DNA of 64,000 nt from the human T2T-CHM13v2.0 reference genome, Homo sapiens. The stretch lies in assembly GCF_009914755.1 (NCBI RefSeq), contig NC_060926.1. One strand, written 5' to 3'. The notes beneath the pieces are model-generated. The model was not told the origin of the DNA and did not search any database. It worked only from the letters and a program-made list of their open reading frames with translations. Both the position numbers and the translations under genes were made by a program. This document shows, piece after piece, positions 14,470-26,961 of this stretch (its first letter is position 1; each line of letters opens with the position of its first letter).

Positions 14470-15118
14470 CCTTAAGTCTAATCTATGTCTGTAGGTGTGG
14501 GTGGCTTCAGGACCTCCTGTCTATGCTTACCTATCTCTAGTTTCTAGATAAGGCATAAATTTCCATCTTATGCCATCTGGCCCCACTCTATTGTTTTCTT
14601 TTTTATGTGAATTCATTAGAAAATCTTATTTGCCATGAAAATGAACGTTAGGCTGTCCCTCTGGGTTTTGTTGTTTGGAGCATTCATCTGATATTGAGTC
14701 TAATATATACAGAATATAAGAAACAAACTGTGAATTTCCATTGTTGGAAGACAAGATTAAACACCTACTTAGAGAGAATGTTTTAAGATATACTGGAAAG
14801 GGGCAAGGATTGGGAAAGGAAATAGGATGGACAATATTAAATGGAAACAAGATTTTTAAATAAGATTTGAAATAAGTTCATCAATGTTCATCATAAAAGG
14901 TCAATCTAATTTTGTTTTTGAACAACCGACTAACCAGCCAACCTAAAAACAACAACAAAAAAAGCGACACCAAAATAATTTGTTAAGGAGATCATGAAAC
15001 AGGAGATCATGAATATTTGAACATCAATCCACTGCTCATCAATTGACAAGGAAAAACAAATGTCTATGTTTTTATCTAAGGATGTGACATGTAAATTCCT
15101 AAGAATTCACACAAGGCT

Positions 15119-15430
<312 letters not shown>

Positions 15431-15883
15431 AAGAATTCACACAAGGCTGTAAAGGAAAGTTTAGCAAAGAACATGACTAGATTGGAAAAGCATTTGAAGG
15501 TTAAGATACTCTCAGGGAGTTTCTTGTTCAGTCATCACTATCACTGAACTTTTCTGCCTTTAAGGGTTTGTAATATTTAAATTTAAATTATTCCATCTTT
15601 AAAGATACTCAGTGATATTTCTTTTTTGACCACCAGCACAAGGCAGTTTTCTTTTTCCTTTCCCCTCCTATCATCACCTATATAACATAGCAGTGTGCAC
15701 AGAGCACAGCCGGGAGCTTTCATTCAAGGTCATCTCATGCCCACCATGGTGAGACATTTCGATAACTTGGAATTATTTTAACTAGATATGTTTGTAGCTG
15801 TCAGACTCCAATCTACATGGTTCGTGGAGGCTCAGTTTCTTTTCTCTATTAATAGCTCATTGAGCAAACATAGTATACCAGAC

Positions 15884-15886
<3 letters not shown>

Positions 15887-15944
<58 letters not shown>
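15887..15944. repeat. (AT)29 microsatellite
   Basis: Uninterrupted AT run. Confidence 0.97.
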
Positions 15945-15948
<4 letters not shown>

Positions 15949-17259
15949 TTTTCAATAAACTCTGTGATCCTGAATATGCAATAAAAATGTTTCTATTATC
16001 TTTGCCTGTTTGCATTTCAAAAACTGTAAAAATGCATTGATTTTTGAGACAATTTTTGGGGCTTATAGAACTTATCCTCTTGCTTAGACATGACTTTTAG
16101 AATTAACAGGTTCATCATTTGTCCCAGGGGGAGTTTTCATGTTTCTGGACAGAAAAGGGATATTATGGGTTATGAAAATAACTCTGTCAAATTACAATGC
16201 AAAATACTGGGTGAAAATCGACAATTGCAGCCAAATATCTGAAGGTGTGATCTACATGAAATTATCTATAAAACATTAAAGAATCCTGATAAGCTGTCTT
16301 CTTAAGGTTTCTTTGTATCTCATGGCTTATATCTGGTACTTGATTATATTATCAATTAAGCTATCACACCAAGTAGAATATGTACTCAACCCCTAACAGA
16401 CACAGTGGGCAAAACAAAGACATTTTGAGGCATTTGCCATGTAACTAAGAAAATAAGCTTTACATAGATGAAACAATTAGAAAATTAGTTAGTGACTAAT
16501 TGGTATTGGAAGGGATAAATCAAAGTGGGATGTTAATAACAGGTAATAACTTCATGAAGAAGAAAGGATTTAAAGTAAAGGGCTTGTATTTAAATAGAGA
16601 TAAAAAGGGATTTGGCTACATTTCAATGTGGGCAAATAGCAAGAGAAGTATAGAAATAGAAATGGACAATGAAAGCCAGCTTAACTAAATGGGAAGTGAG
16701 AGTCGGCAAGGAGTAGGGATAATTTGGATAGTTAAGAAGAAACCAATTTCTGGAACGTATTGTAAGTCAGCTAATGAAATTTGAGACTCATACAATGGGT
16801 AATAGGAACTCTTTGCAATACCTTTCTTTCAGGAGTGATGTGGCATTATATGAAAGTGCTATTTCTGTAGTGTTGCTCTGACCTCACATGCCAGTGTGTC
16901 AAGACTCTCATCTCTGGTCCTGGGCAAATTATATGGCAAGGTACAGAAAGAATGCAGAAAATGTTTATGGAACCTTCACCATTCTTTGGAAAACTTTGTG
17001 GAAAATGAGAATGGGAATGGGAATCGTACAAGAAAATAGAAAATCAGAAAATGTTCTGGGAACCAAAAAATAGGAAATGGGAATTCTGGAAACTACATGT
17101 TGGTAATCTTCATATCAATTTCTTAGAAGTTTCAGAATTAATTTCTAAATTCCCAAGTTGTGAATAAAAAGAAAAAAAAAATCTGAGTATTGACATTTAC
17201 ACAGGTTCACTAAAAACAAGTGATGACAGATGAGACATTTTCATTTTTGATGGCATTCG

Positions 17260-17805
17260 TGTCACAGGGTGAACCCCAAAATTGGGTTTCAGCATGGAAA
17301 GCCATGTGAGTTCTTGGCTTTGTGTGGAAGGAATTCAAGAGCAAGTTTATAGAGTGAAGTGAAAGCAAGCTTATTAAGAAAGCAAAGGAATAAAAGAATA
17401 ACTACTCCACAGTCAAAGCAGCCCCAAGGGCTGCTGGTTGGCTATTTTTATGGTTATTTCTTGATCACTTGCTAAACAAGGGGTAGATTATTTATGAGTT
17501 TCCCTGGAAAGGGGCTGGTAATTTCCAGAACTGAAGTTTCCTCTACCTTTCAGACCATAGAGGTTAACTTCCAGATGTTGCCATGACATTTGTAAACTGT
17601 CATGGCCATGGTGCTGTGGTAGTATCTTTTAGCATGCTGATATTATACTTAGCACATAACAAGCAGTGAGGAAGACCAGAGATCACTTTCGTTGCCATCT
17701 TGATTTTGGTGGGTTTTGACCAGCTTCTTTACCACATCATGTTTTATCAGCAGAGTCTTTTTGACCTGTACCTTGCAAAATCAATCCTGCCAAACTGCTT
17801 TCTCA
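17260..17805 (-). mobile_element. MER41-family (MER41C/D-like) ERV1 solo LTR
   Basis: TG...CA ends; gtgaaagcaagcttattaagaaag; gggctgctggttg...ttatggttatttcttga; gttgccatgacatttgtaaactgtcatggc; gccatcttgattttggtgggtttt. Confidence 0.85.
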
Positions 17806-18069
17806 TTACTGTGCCACTAGGCCTTATATTTTTTGTTAATCTTGTGTTGTTGAAAATGGTCTGATATGTGGTAGGTGCTTAGTAAACAAATGTTGCGTTG
17901 CTGCTTAAATATGTAAGTCAGAGGAATAGATTTGTTTAAGTCTAGATTTGTCAAAATTTCTAGTAATATTCTGTGAGAGAAGACAAAGAAGTGTGTAGAA
18001 AATAATGCTATAGTTAGATCAACTCATTCCTTGTTGATTAGCCATAATGTTTTGGTTAATAAATTGATT

Positions 18070-18330
18070 CCAATTGAGAAGGTCATCTTCAACATCTTCA
18101 ATGCCAACGAACAAGCTGTGTTCTTGCTTCCACCTCCCAATATTTCAATTAACTCTTTCTATGTTGCTAAAAAATGGAATGTATATCACATTTGTCTGGG
18201 TGACATCAAGTTGTGAGGCATGGTTATACATTTGTTGACAGATTCAGGATGAAAAAAATTCTAAACAGGCTGAAGTAATGACTGCCCCCCTACCACCACC
18301 AAATAGTTAAATATATAACTTGAAGTGAAG
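18070..18330 (+). mobile_element. L3/CR1 LINE fragment (ancient)
   Basis: tcttcaacatcttc...; gtgacatcaagttgtgagg...ttgacagattcaggat...ctaaacaggctgaa resembles the CR1 RT region. Confidence 0.45.
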
Positions 18331-19187
18331 AGTATGATTGGGCTGCAAAAGCAAAGAGGGGAAGGAAAGCTTCAGGATGGGCAAAAGGATTAGCTCAGAA
18401 AGTTACCTCCCAAGTCAGGGACAAGCCTGGGAGTCATATAAGGGCTCACACAGAAAGGAAGGAAGATTTAAGATAAGACAGATGCCAATTAATTATGTAG
18501 CATCATTCTTCTTTCTGGAGACGGAGGTGGAGAACCCAAAATTGCCTCTATTAAATTGACCACTGTGAATTGTTGCCATGAGGCCCATTTTAGACCCTGT
18601 TCATTTCTTAAGTGGAGTTGTTCTCTGTTCAGAATTGATTACTATATAAATAATTGAAACTCCCGCAATGTGAGGATTAAGAGAAGGAAGCTCCAACTGT
18701 GTCCCTTCCCATTAGCTACAGGAAGGCATAAGTTAGAGGCATGAAATGATTGAATACAAATAAAGCTAGCCCTTTAACAAGCTGTGCTGTGGGGATGGGA
18801 AGCAACAGGGGTAGCAACACCTAGAACAAATATGGCACTTGGTGAACACTCAATAAATATTTGTCTAATAAATGAAATATGATTCCTATGCTGTTCAGCC
18901 CCTTCATCCATATGAACTGTGACTAATTTCCTTACTAGTTTTCCTAACAATCACTCACACCAAGATAAATCTTAATTTTTTTCAGAAAAAGTTTTCTCCT
19001 TATAAAGTTATCATAACTTTTATCTTCCCCATTGTGAAGCAATTGCCTGGACATAATTTTTCTAAAACATTTGACTATTTTCTGGACCTAACTGAAATTT
19101 CAGATCTATAACACATTCAGGAGAGATGGCCTCACCTCCTTGCTCTGATGGAAGGGGTGCTGAGGCATCCAGTCTATCCCACCAGGC

Positions 19188-19403
19188 TAATAATGGCGGT
19201 CATTTATTATGCCCCACTCTGTGCCAGTTACAGCACAAGGTGCTTTGTACACATTATTGATTAAATCATTAAAACAATCCTATTGGATAGGATTGGGTAG
19301 CATCCTGATTTAAAAGATAAGGAAGCAGTTTTCTAAATGCTGCACCCAAGTTCATAGAACTAGGTAAGCAACAGAGCAAGGGTTAGAAACAAATGATCTG
19401 ACA
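19188..19403 (-). mobile_element. MIR
   Basis: catttatt...ctctgtgccag...tgctttgtacacattat...aacaatcctat...cccaagttcatag. Confidence 0.75.
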
Positions 19404-19418
19404 TTTTGATGTTCCCAA

Positions 19419-19651
19419 GAGAGCAGTGGATCTAAGCCAGGGTGCCTGGATTCAATCCTGGCTCTGCCACTTACCATCTGTGAATTCTGTCAACACATGT
19501 AACTCCATTGCACCTCAATTTTACCAAGAGTAAAATGTGAATGGTAATATATTTATCCACAGATTTGTCCTAGGATTAAGCTACTTGCTTCATGTAAAAT
19601 ACTTAGAATAGTGTTTGGAACATAGTAAGCACTTAATGTGTATTGAATATT
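19419..19651 (+). mobile_element. MIR
   Basis: tgcctggattcaatcctggctctgccacttacca...gtaaaatg...aggattaag...catgtaaaatacttagaatagtg...catagtaagcacttaa. Confidence 0.85.
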
Positions 19652-20049
19652 TTAATTCAAATTTCTGTAGAACTAGCCTTCAGTATCTTGTAATTTAGCA
19701 CTTAGTAGTTTAATAATTTTTTTGTTTTATTCTCTGTGGTACATCAGGAATTAAATGATTTCATGAAGGAATCATTTAATAAATTGTAATCTCCTTAAGG
19801 GCTGGGTCCTTGGTGCACTTTCAAAAACTAGAGGATTACATAGTGAATATTAGATATACAATTAATACTTCCAAATAGGGCTACAAAAGTACAAATGATC
19901 TAATCCACTACCGTTTCCAAACAAAGCCTTTCTTACAGTTGTGTAGAATTTTCTAGTTTGCAAAATGATTCCCAGACTTTAAAAGAAAAATTCCTACATT
20001 GACTTCTGCAAAATACATACCTTTATCCCCCATATCATACACATGAAAT

Positions 20050-20440
20050 CTAAGGCTAAGGCTGGTCAACAGATTAAGGAGAATTGGTGTATGCTTTTCT
20101 TATATAATAAGGAATGCAGAGAAATGTAGTAGCCGGCATGATTTCTCTGGCTTGACGAGGTTAGGTCTCACTCTGCTGTCATTTCCTTGACTTTTCTCTG
20201 ATAGTCACAATATAGCCACTTCACTTCTAGTCAGGATGTTGGCATTTAAGGCAGTGGGAAGGCGATAATTTCACAGGAGCCTCCTTCTTCATTGTCCTTT
20301 AATATGAAGGAAGAAAAGCTTCTCCAGGGGCTTCCTAACTCCCAGGAAAACTTTCTTTACATGTCCAGGGCCAAAAGCACATGATATGGTAGCCCCTAGT
20401 TGCAGGAGAGCCTGGAGGGGGAAGACGCTTGGCTTTTTGA
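20050..20440. mobile_element. Possible old MLT1K/L-type LTR remnant
   Basis: actttctttacatgtccagggcca...cacatg...cccctagttgcaggagagcctgg resembles old MLT1 LTRs; highly decayed. Confidence 0.35.
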
Positions 20441-21825
20441 ACTAAGGAAGTGGTAGCAAGAGAGAGGGGCTGCACATAGATTTTGGTGGTCTCTACATAG
20501 TGTCTGCCAAGAATCAATTATTTTTAACGCTACTAGTCCTATCACTCCTACTCCTACTTCTAGTACTAAGGATCTTGCCTTAGCAAATATAGTGTGCTCA
20601 TTTGCTATACCTTAAGTTCATCAAGAAATGAGAAATGACAAGACTTTTTCTAGCAGTGATGAACATAAGTTGGTATTCGAAGGTAAAAATAAGTGTCTTC
20701 AATCCCCCTGCTGCCCTTTAACAGAAGACATTGATGACTAGTATCAGGGACCTTTAAGAATACTCCACTCCTAATTGGTATTCAGTCAGGAGACCAGAGT
20801 TGTGGCTTGTATGTTTATGAGCTACTGGTTATGTGATAATTGGAATAAGCCATGGTTTGACATATCAAGCTCAGATTACACATGGAGGATTTCTAGAAGA
20901 TTTGGTTGGGCTTAGATGGGGCTTGAGCAATGCCTGAAAAGGAGAAGGATAGAAAAAAAACTTAAAACTAAGTTGGGTCATTACCAGTCACAGATCTTTT
21001 ACTTTGGTTTCCTGGGAAATTAGCAGAGCCTCTGGGGTCAATCTCCCCAAATGTAAAAATGCCTTTCCAATCCCAACCCCAGAGGCAGGGCCCTAAAAAT
21101 ACTGAGGAGGGAAAGTAATTGAAATATTTCTGTTTCACAAATAAAACAAACTTATGTAGATGAATTGGGTAGAAATACACTGGCATTTGGTCAAAGGATG
21201 AGCATCAGATAACTTTTGTCTTATGCATCTGTCATTCCCTCTCACATTGTGCACTAAAATGACACAGCCTAGAGCAGTGGTTGTCAAACATTTTTGTCCT
21301 TCCCCATATTTCCAGGAAGATGATTATATAGATAAGGTCACTTTGGGAAGCAAAGAGAATCCAGGACACAAGAAAAGTCTGGAGGCTGGGGAAGGGTGGG
21401 TGAGACAGATCTGTGTTAACTGGCTTTGTGTCCAAGCTATCATGTGCTGGCAGCAGAGGCCATTTTGAATTCAATATTCCCCAAGAATCCTGCAGCCACT
21501 CTGCTATTTGTTCCCTAAGTCATCAGCAGTTTTGCAAGCCAAGGTTGCGTATTGGAATTGGGCAGATAAGGAGAACTTGTCTATTAATTGAGTGTTTGGG
21601 AATGGGAAAAAATGGAGTGAACACACAAAGGCTCTTTGCTGTTTGGAAAGTTGGAAGGTCAAGGGTGGTATGTTTGCTTCAATTATGGTGCCAGTAGACC
21701 CAGCTAAACTAGATCTACTGCACTTTGTCTTTAGTATACATATGAACGTATTTGCAAATAATTGACACTTGGGAAAATGATATTTGGCCAAGCACATTTT
21801 CCATTAACATAAAACAAGAGTGACA

Positions 21826-22090
21826 GGGAAGGAAGGAAGGAACAAGGAAGGAAGGAACAAGGAAGGAAGGAAGAAAGAGAGGGAGGAAGGGAGGGAGGGA
21901 GGGAAGGAGGAAGGAAGGAAGGGAATGAAGGAAGGAGGGGTGGAAGGGAGGGAGGGAGGGAGGGAAGGAGGAAGGAAGGAAGGGAAGGAAGGAAGGAGGG
22001 AAAGAAGGAAGGAGGGAAGGAAGGAAGGAGGGAAGGAAGGAAGGAGGGAAGGAAGGAAGGAGGGAAGGAAGGAAGGAAGGAAGGAAAGAG
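21826..22090. repeat. Complex (GGAA)n/(GGGA)n polypurine tract
   Basis: About 265 bp; purine-only from 21942 to 22090. Confidence 0.97.
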
Positions 22091-22747
22091 CTTATTCAGG
22101 GCAAGGGGGAGGGAAATTTAATCTGATCCACTGCTTTATTTATACTTAACTCGACAAAATGATCAAAGTGGGTTAGTGTTTGGCTCTTTACTGTCTAAAA
22201 TGTAGTGAGCATCCTTGGACATTCCTTTTCCCAGACAATAGGCCAGCTGTGACATGACAATGTTTCAGGATATTGGTTCCAAAGCTAAGATGCACAAAAT
22301 TTGGCTAAAGGCAAAACCTATTCTCCTCTGCTCATTATCAAACACTTAAACCGCATGCAGTTAGCCCTTTAGCTGCCTTCTAATACCTTGCATTGCCATC
22401 TTGTAAATGCTGCTGCTTTGCTGAAACACCTACAGAGTTTCTTGGTTTATAAACACTATTTGATCACACACCAGGAGTAAGGTAGACTCATTTGCCTCTT
22501 GGCCAAACAGTTTAAGACTTAACTGAGCTGCTGTCCGAGCCCTGGATGGCCCCTTCTCTTAGCATGGCAGTCCTGTCAGTGGGGTGCTTTCTTGCCCTTG
22601 GCTTTAGAAGGGGAAAACTAGCAGCTTGAAGCAAAAGGAAGTCTATCACACAGCTGTACAGTCTATTACAAGTAGACTACTCACTAGCTTAACTAGTCTT
22701 TCTTTTTACCTCACTGATGCTACCCCTTAAGTATTCTTTCTCCTTGA

Positions 22748-23358
22748 CAATATTCATCCCACAACATTGTCTCCAGACCCCTATACATTCTTAAAAATGA
22801 CTGAGGACCTCAAAGAGCATTTGCATGTGTGAGCTACACACAACACAGTAAAACAGAGAAATTTAGACACTTATTATTGTAAAATAAGACCAGAAAGTAT
22901 ACAAACTTCTTGTTGTGTTTCAAAAAAAGAAAAAGAAGAAGGTAAGAGAGGGCGGTATTTCCAAAGAAAATTAATTTTTGGATTTCAAATTACCGGTACA
23001 TTGGATTAAAAACAAGGTTTATAGCTAATAGAAACAAAGGTAAATGTCAAAAGCTTGATATAAATAAGAAAAAACTGAGTTAATTTCTGAAGACTCACAT
23101 TTTTTTCCCAAAAACTACTACCTTAGAAAATTTTGGAATATGTCAGTACACATTCCATTAGTCATCAGAATGATACCATCACTATCACTCTTCATGTAAA
23201 ATTCCTGAGTAACGTACACTTAATGAAAGAAAGAGTGAAAAGGCAAAAAAACAGTAAAAGAAAAATTATAGTTTTATTGTAAAAACAATTTTAACTTTGT
23301 GGATCCTCTAAATAGGTCTTGGTAATCTCCTAAATTGACCACATGTTGAGCATTGCTG
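22748..23358. mobile_element. hAT-Charlie DNA transposon (MER119/Charlie7-like)
   Basis: gacccctatacattcttaaaaatgactgaggacctcaaagagc at one end; attttaactttgtggatcctct...gaccacatgttgagcattgctg at the other. Confidence 0.65.
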
Positions 23359-23899
23359 GGCTAGAGTATCAATGCACTGAGTTGAGTCTAAGATCCACTA
23401 TTAACTAGTTGAAGGGCTTTGAACAAATTAATTGCCCAATTTCATCACCTGTAAAACCAGATAATAAATATCAGAATGTGAATGTTTAATTTGTTTTACT
23501 TTGGAAAACTAAGTGGAATTGCTCCCTGACCTGCTCCCTGACCCGCCCTGACCTGCCCCCAACCCTTCATTTGTTGCATTAAAAGAATTCAGAAGTTGGG
23601 GAGTAAATGGCCACTTCTCCACTTCACCCAAACCACTTCAAAATGACTTTTGAGGAGTAATTGGCACCACTCTCAAGTAAAGGTGGGCCAGTTTTCCTCC
23701 TGTTAATAATTGGGACTATGGGACAAATGATTTTAAAAGGTTTAGAAAGAAAGGAGAAAAAGAAACAAAAGTTTCTTGTCTGCAGGAGTAACGGTGATAC
23801 AATGGTAACACTCTGAGAAAGGAATGGTTATAAAGTATCAGGGCTTAGAAAAGCAGTTAGGGACCCTGCTTTGTTTGTTCCAGGCAAGTGGTCTTTTTC

Positions 23900-24460
23900 A
23901 TTGTTCGCAATTTACGTTAATATACATTAGCATATAGATCTCGAAATGCATGAGTATATATGTGTGCATATGTATAAGATTAGCCTGGAATATCTTATGT
24001 GAAAAAGAAAGAAAGTGTTCAAAGAATGAAGAAAACATGTTAAAAGGACACAAGCTCTAGTTTGAAGGGGACTTCCATGGGCCAACTCCAGGATAATTTG
24101 AACATAAAATAAATAAAGGCAGTGAGAGATTATAACTTATTGGATAAAGTAAGAATTCCTGAGTTCCCAGTGATACAGATGTATAAAAAGGAAGAGAAAG
24201 CTTTCCCCTGTAGTAGAAAGCCAATTAAAAACTGTTGAAGGAATAATGAAATTAGGAATCACCATTCGTAAATGTTAATTTCCCAGTTATACAAAGTTAT
24301 GTTTTATGAAAATGCACTAGAAAATATTTTGGGGTGAGGATACAGATTGAGAAAGAGAGGAAAGAATAAATTTGTCTGAAAGGTATGGGTGTCTGGAGAT
24401 TTTTTTGCATTATTCTTGCAACTTTTCTGTAAGTCTTGAAATTAAGTCAAATAAAAAACC
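23900..24460 (+). mobile_element. Old L1 (L1MC/L1ME) 3' fragments
   Basis: aaacatgttaaaaggacaca...tttgaagggg...ggataatttgaacat; attcttgcaacttttctgtaagt...gaaatta. Confidence 0.6.
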
Positions 24461-25075
24461 CTGAAAACATTAAATTAATAAAATAAAGTACTTCCTCATA
24501 AACTGTACAACACACATGTATGGATTTGTTGATTTCACCTGATGCCCTAGGGACTGGTGATTAATATCTAAATGCCAAAATCAAGTGCTGAGTTTACATT
24601 TGGAAGATTCAAATTAGAAACTCATATACAGAGATGGCTGCATACCACTAATTAGTACAATGGATATTTAATATTAAAACATTTTAATCATAACTAATAT
24701 AAGTAGTGTTTAGGATGTGTAGATTGGCTAGAAATGCTCTACAGCACATTAACCTTATCATGAACAGGGTGTAAGAATCTAGTCAGCCCTAAGTAACCCA
24801 CTGTAACAGGACCTCAAGCTGAGGATTCCAAACAACAGCCTCTCATTGTCTCCAATTAGAAATCTAATTGAATCCTGCCAATATATAAGACATCTACATG
24901 TCTCATCTACATTCTTGACCCTTTCAGTAACAACTTAAAAGATGCCATAATTCTTGAGCTTATAGCATACATTGAATGATTGTTCTTGGGCCTACTTACT
25001 GGAAGATATTTATTTGGTTGGCGGTCCACTTTTACTGTAACACACCATCTGTATCATACCACCCAAGAGGAAGGA

Positions 25076-25469
25076 GACTGTTAGTTTTCTAGGGCTGCCA
25101 TAAAAAAATACCACAAATTTGGTGGCTTAAACAACAGAATGTATTCTTTTTCTAACATTTCTGGAGCCTTAAAAGTTCGAAATAAAGGCGTTGGTAGGTT
25201 TGGTTTCTTCTGAGGCCTCTTTCATTGGCTTGCAGATATCCACTTTCTCTCATCTTTACATGGCCTTTCTATGTGCATGAGTACCCTTAATGTCTCTTCC
25301 TCTTCTAACAAGAATATCAGTCATATGGGAGAAGGACTTCACCCTGTAAGGGCTCATTTTAACTTAATCACTCCTTAAAGACCTTATCTCCAAACATGGT
25401 TCCATTCTGAGGCACTGGGACTGGGACTTCAAAATATGATTTTGGGGGGACACAATTCATCTCCTAACA
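25076..25469 (-). mobile_element. MLT1B-type solo LTR
   Basis: ctagggctgccataa...taccacaaatttggtggcttaaacaacag...ccttatctccaaa...ggggacacaattca...taaca. Confidence 0.85.
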
Positions 25470-26593
25470 AAGGCCTACAACCTACATTTTCCTTTAACTG
25501 TTGAAAGTGCTATATATCCTCAGCTAAGATAATGGTTACTGCAAACTTTCATTACAAACACCAACTTCATGGAATTTCTGTGATGATTAATATCCCTGGC
25601 ACATAGCTGATGCATCATTAATACTACATACATGCTGATACTATCTAGGAAGGCTATTTAACCCTCATTTTGTATGGCCAAAGCTCAGCAGATCATCCTG
25701 TCATCGCCCTAAAATTGAATTACTGTTTATAGCATTGATAGTAAAATTTAGTTTAACAACAGGTATAGTAAATATTAATGCCAACGTTTGGAATAGTCAA
25801 AGGTTTTTCAATGTCAAGTTCTTGAGATCTCAAAATGAGCATGTTTCCTATTTGTATTTAAAGATATGTAATTATTCCAGGAATATTGAGTGTCCCAGAA
25901 GAAAGCAATAAGAAACTCTAAAGGCCAGATATTTAATAAAGACTTTTTAATTATGCCCAATAATTTTACTTTTGAGAAAAAAATTTAAAATAATACTTTT
26001 GTAATTTCCCTCTGAATCAGAATCCAACTGGCATAATATCTGCTGAGATATGTATGTACAACACCCATACACAGCCACATATTCATAGATTCTGATATAA
26101 AATGTTCAATTGCTCATAAAATATACATCAAACATATGAGAGGCTCCTTTCACAGCTCTCAAAGGGAACAGGTAGATTCCTGAACCTAACATGTTCTATG
26201 TTCATTATAACTTTTAATTCCTGGTTGAGAAGAACATGGCTTCCAACTTTCAGTGATGGATGAGTTTAATCCCAACTTCAAGATGCTTATAATTTTTGTT
26301 GTTGTTGTTTTGTTTTGATTTTTGGAAAAAGTGACTAGTTAGATTGGGACTGCATTGTATGAACCCTCATCCTCACCCGCATCCTTGGCTTTAGGGCTGT
26401 CTTGCCTCCCAGACCTGTCTTGCCTCACATTTAAGGCTGTTTTGCCTCCCAAGACCTCATGATTGATGGTGCTGCTTTCTATCTGGGGAACCAGTCAAAC
26501 CCATTTCTGTTCATCAGCACAGCTGTCTTTACTTCTCAGTTATATGGCACTCACTCTACAAGCTTTGGATATTTAGGCATAGTCACTGAGGCC

Positions 26594-26961
26594 TGTGGTA
26601 TACATGGAGATGAGCTGCCCAGATTATCCTTCAAGGAAGAACTTGCTGTCCAGCATTGGGGAGTGCAGTGAGCAGACTGCCTCCAGCTATGAGCACCTTC
26701 AGGTCCTGTTCAGGTGGCAAGCCCACCTTGTTGGACATCCTGCTTCTCTGGTGGCAGCTCACATCCAGTGACTGAGGGAGGCCAGGGCATCAAGGCCCAA
26801 GTAGGTTGGTCTAGGACTTATTGAGCCTGCATAGCAGTTAGGCTTCTGTCTCTGTCCATTCCTGCATCTTCTCCCTTCTGTTCACAGGCATTCACTCCTG
26901 ATAAACACCTTGCACCCAAACTTCAGTTAGGATCTACCTCTGGAGAACCTAACCTTTGTCA
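26594..26961 (+). mobile_element. LTR16C-like ERVL solo LTR
   Basis: tgt...gctgcccagattatccttcaagga...cacatccagtgactga...ataaacaccttgcacccaaact...ggagaacctaacctttgtca. Confidence 0.75.

Noticed and set aside
21820-22149. 109-aa K/E/G/R-rich ORF
   Set aside because: Translation of the GGAA repeat; purine-only tracts cannot contain stop codons
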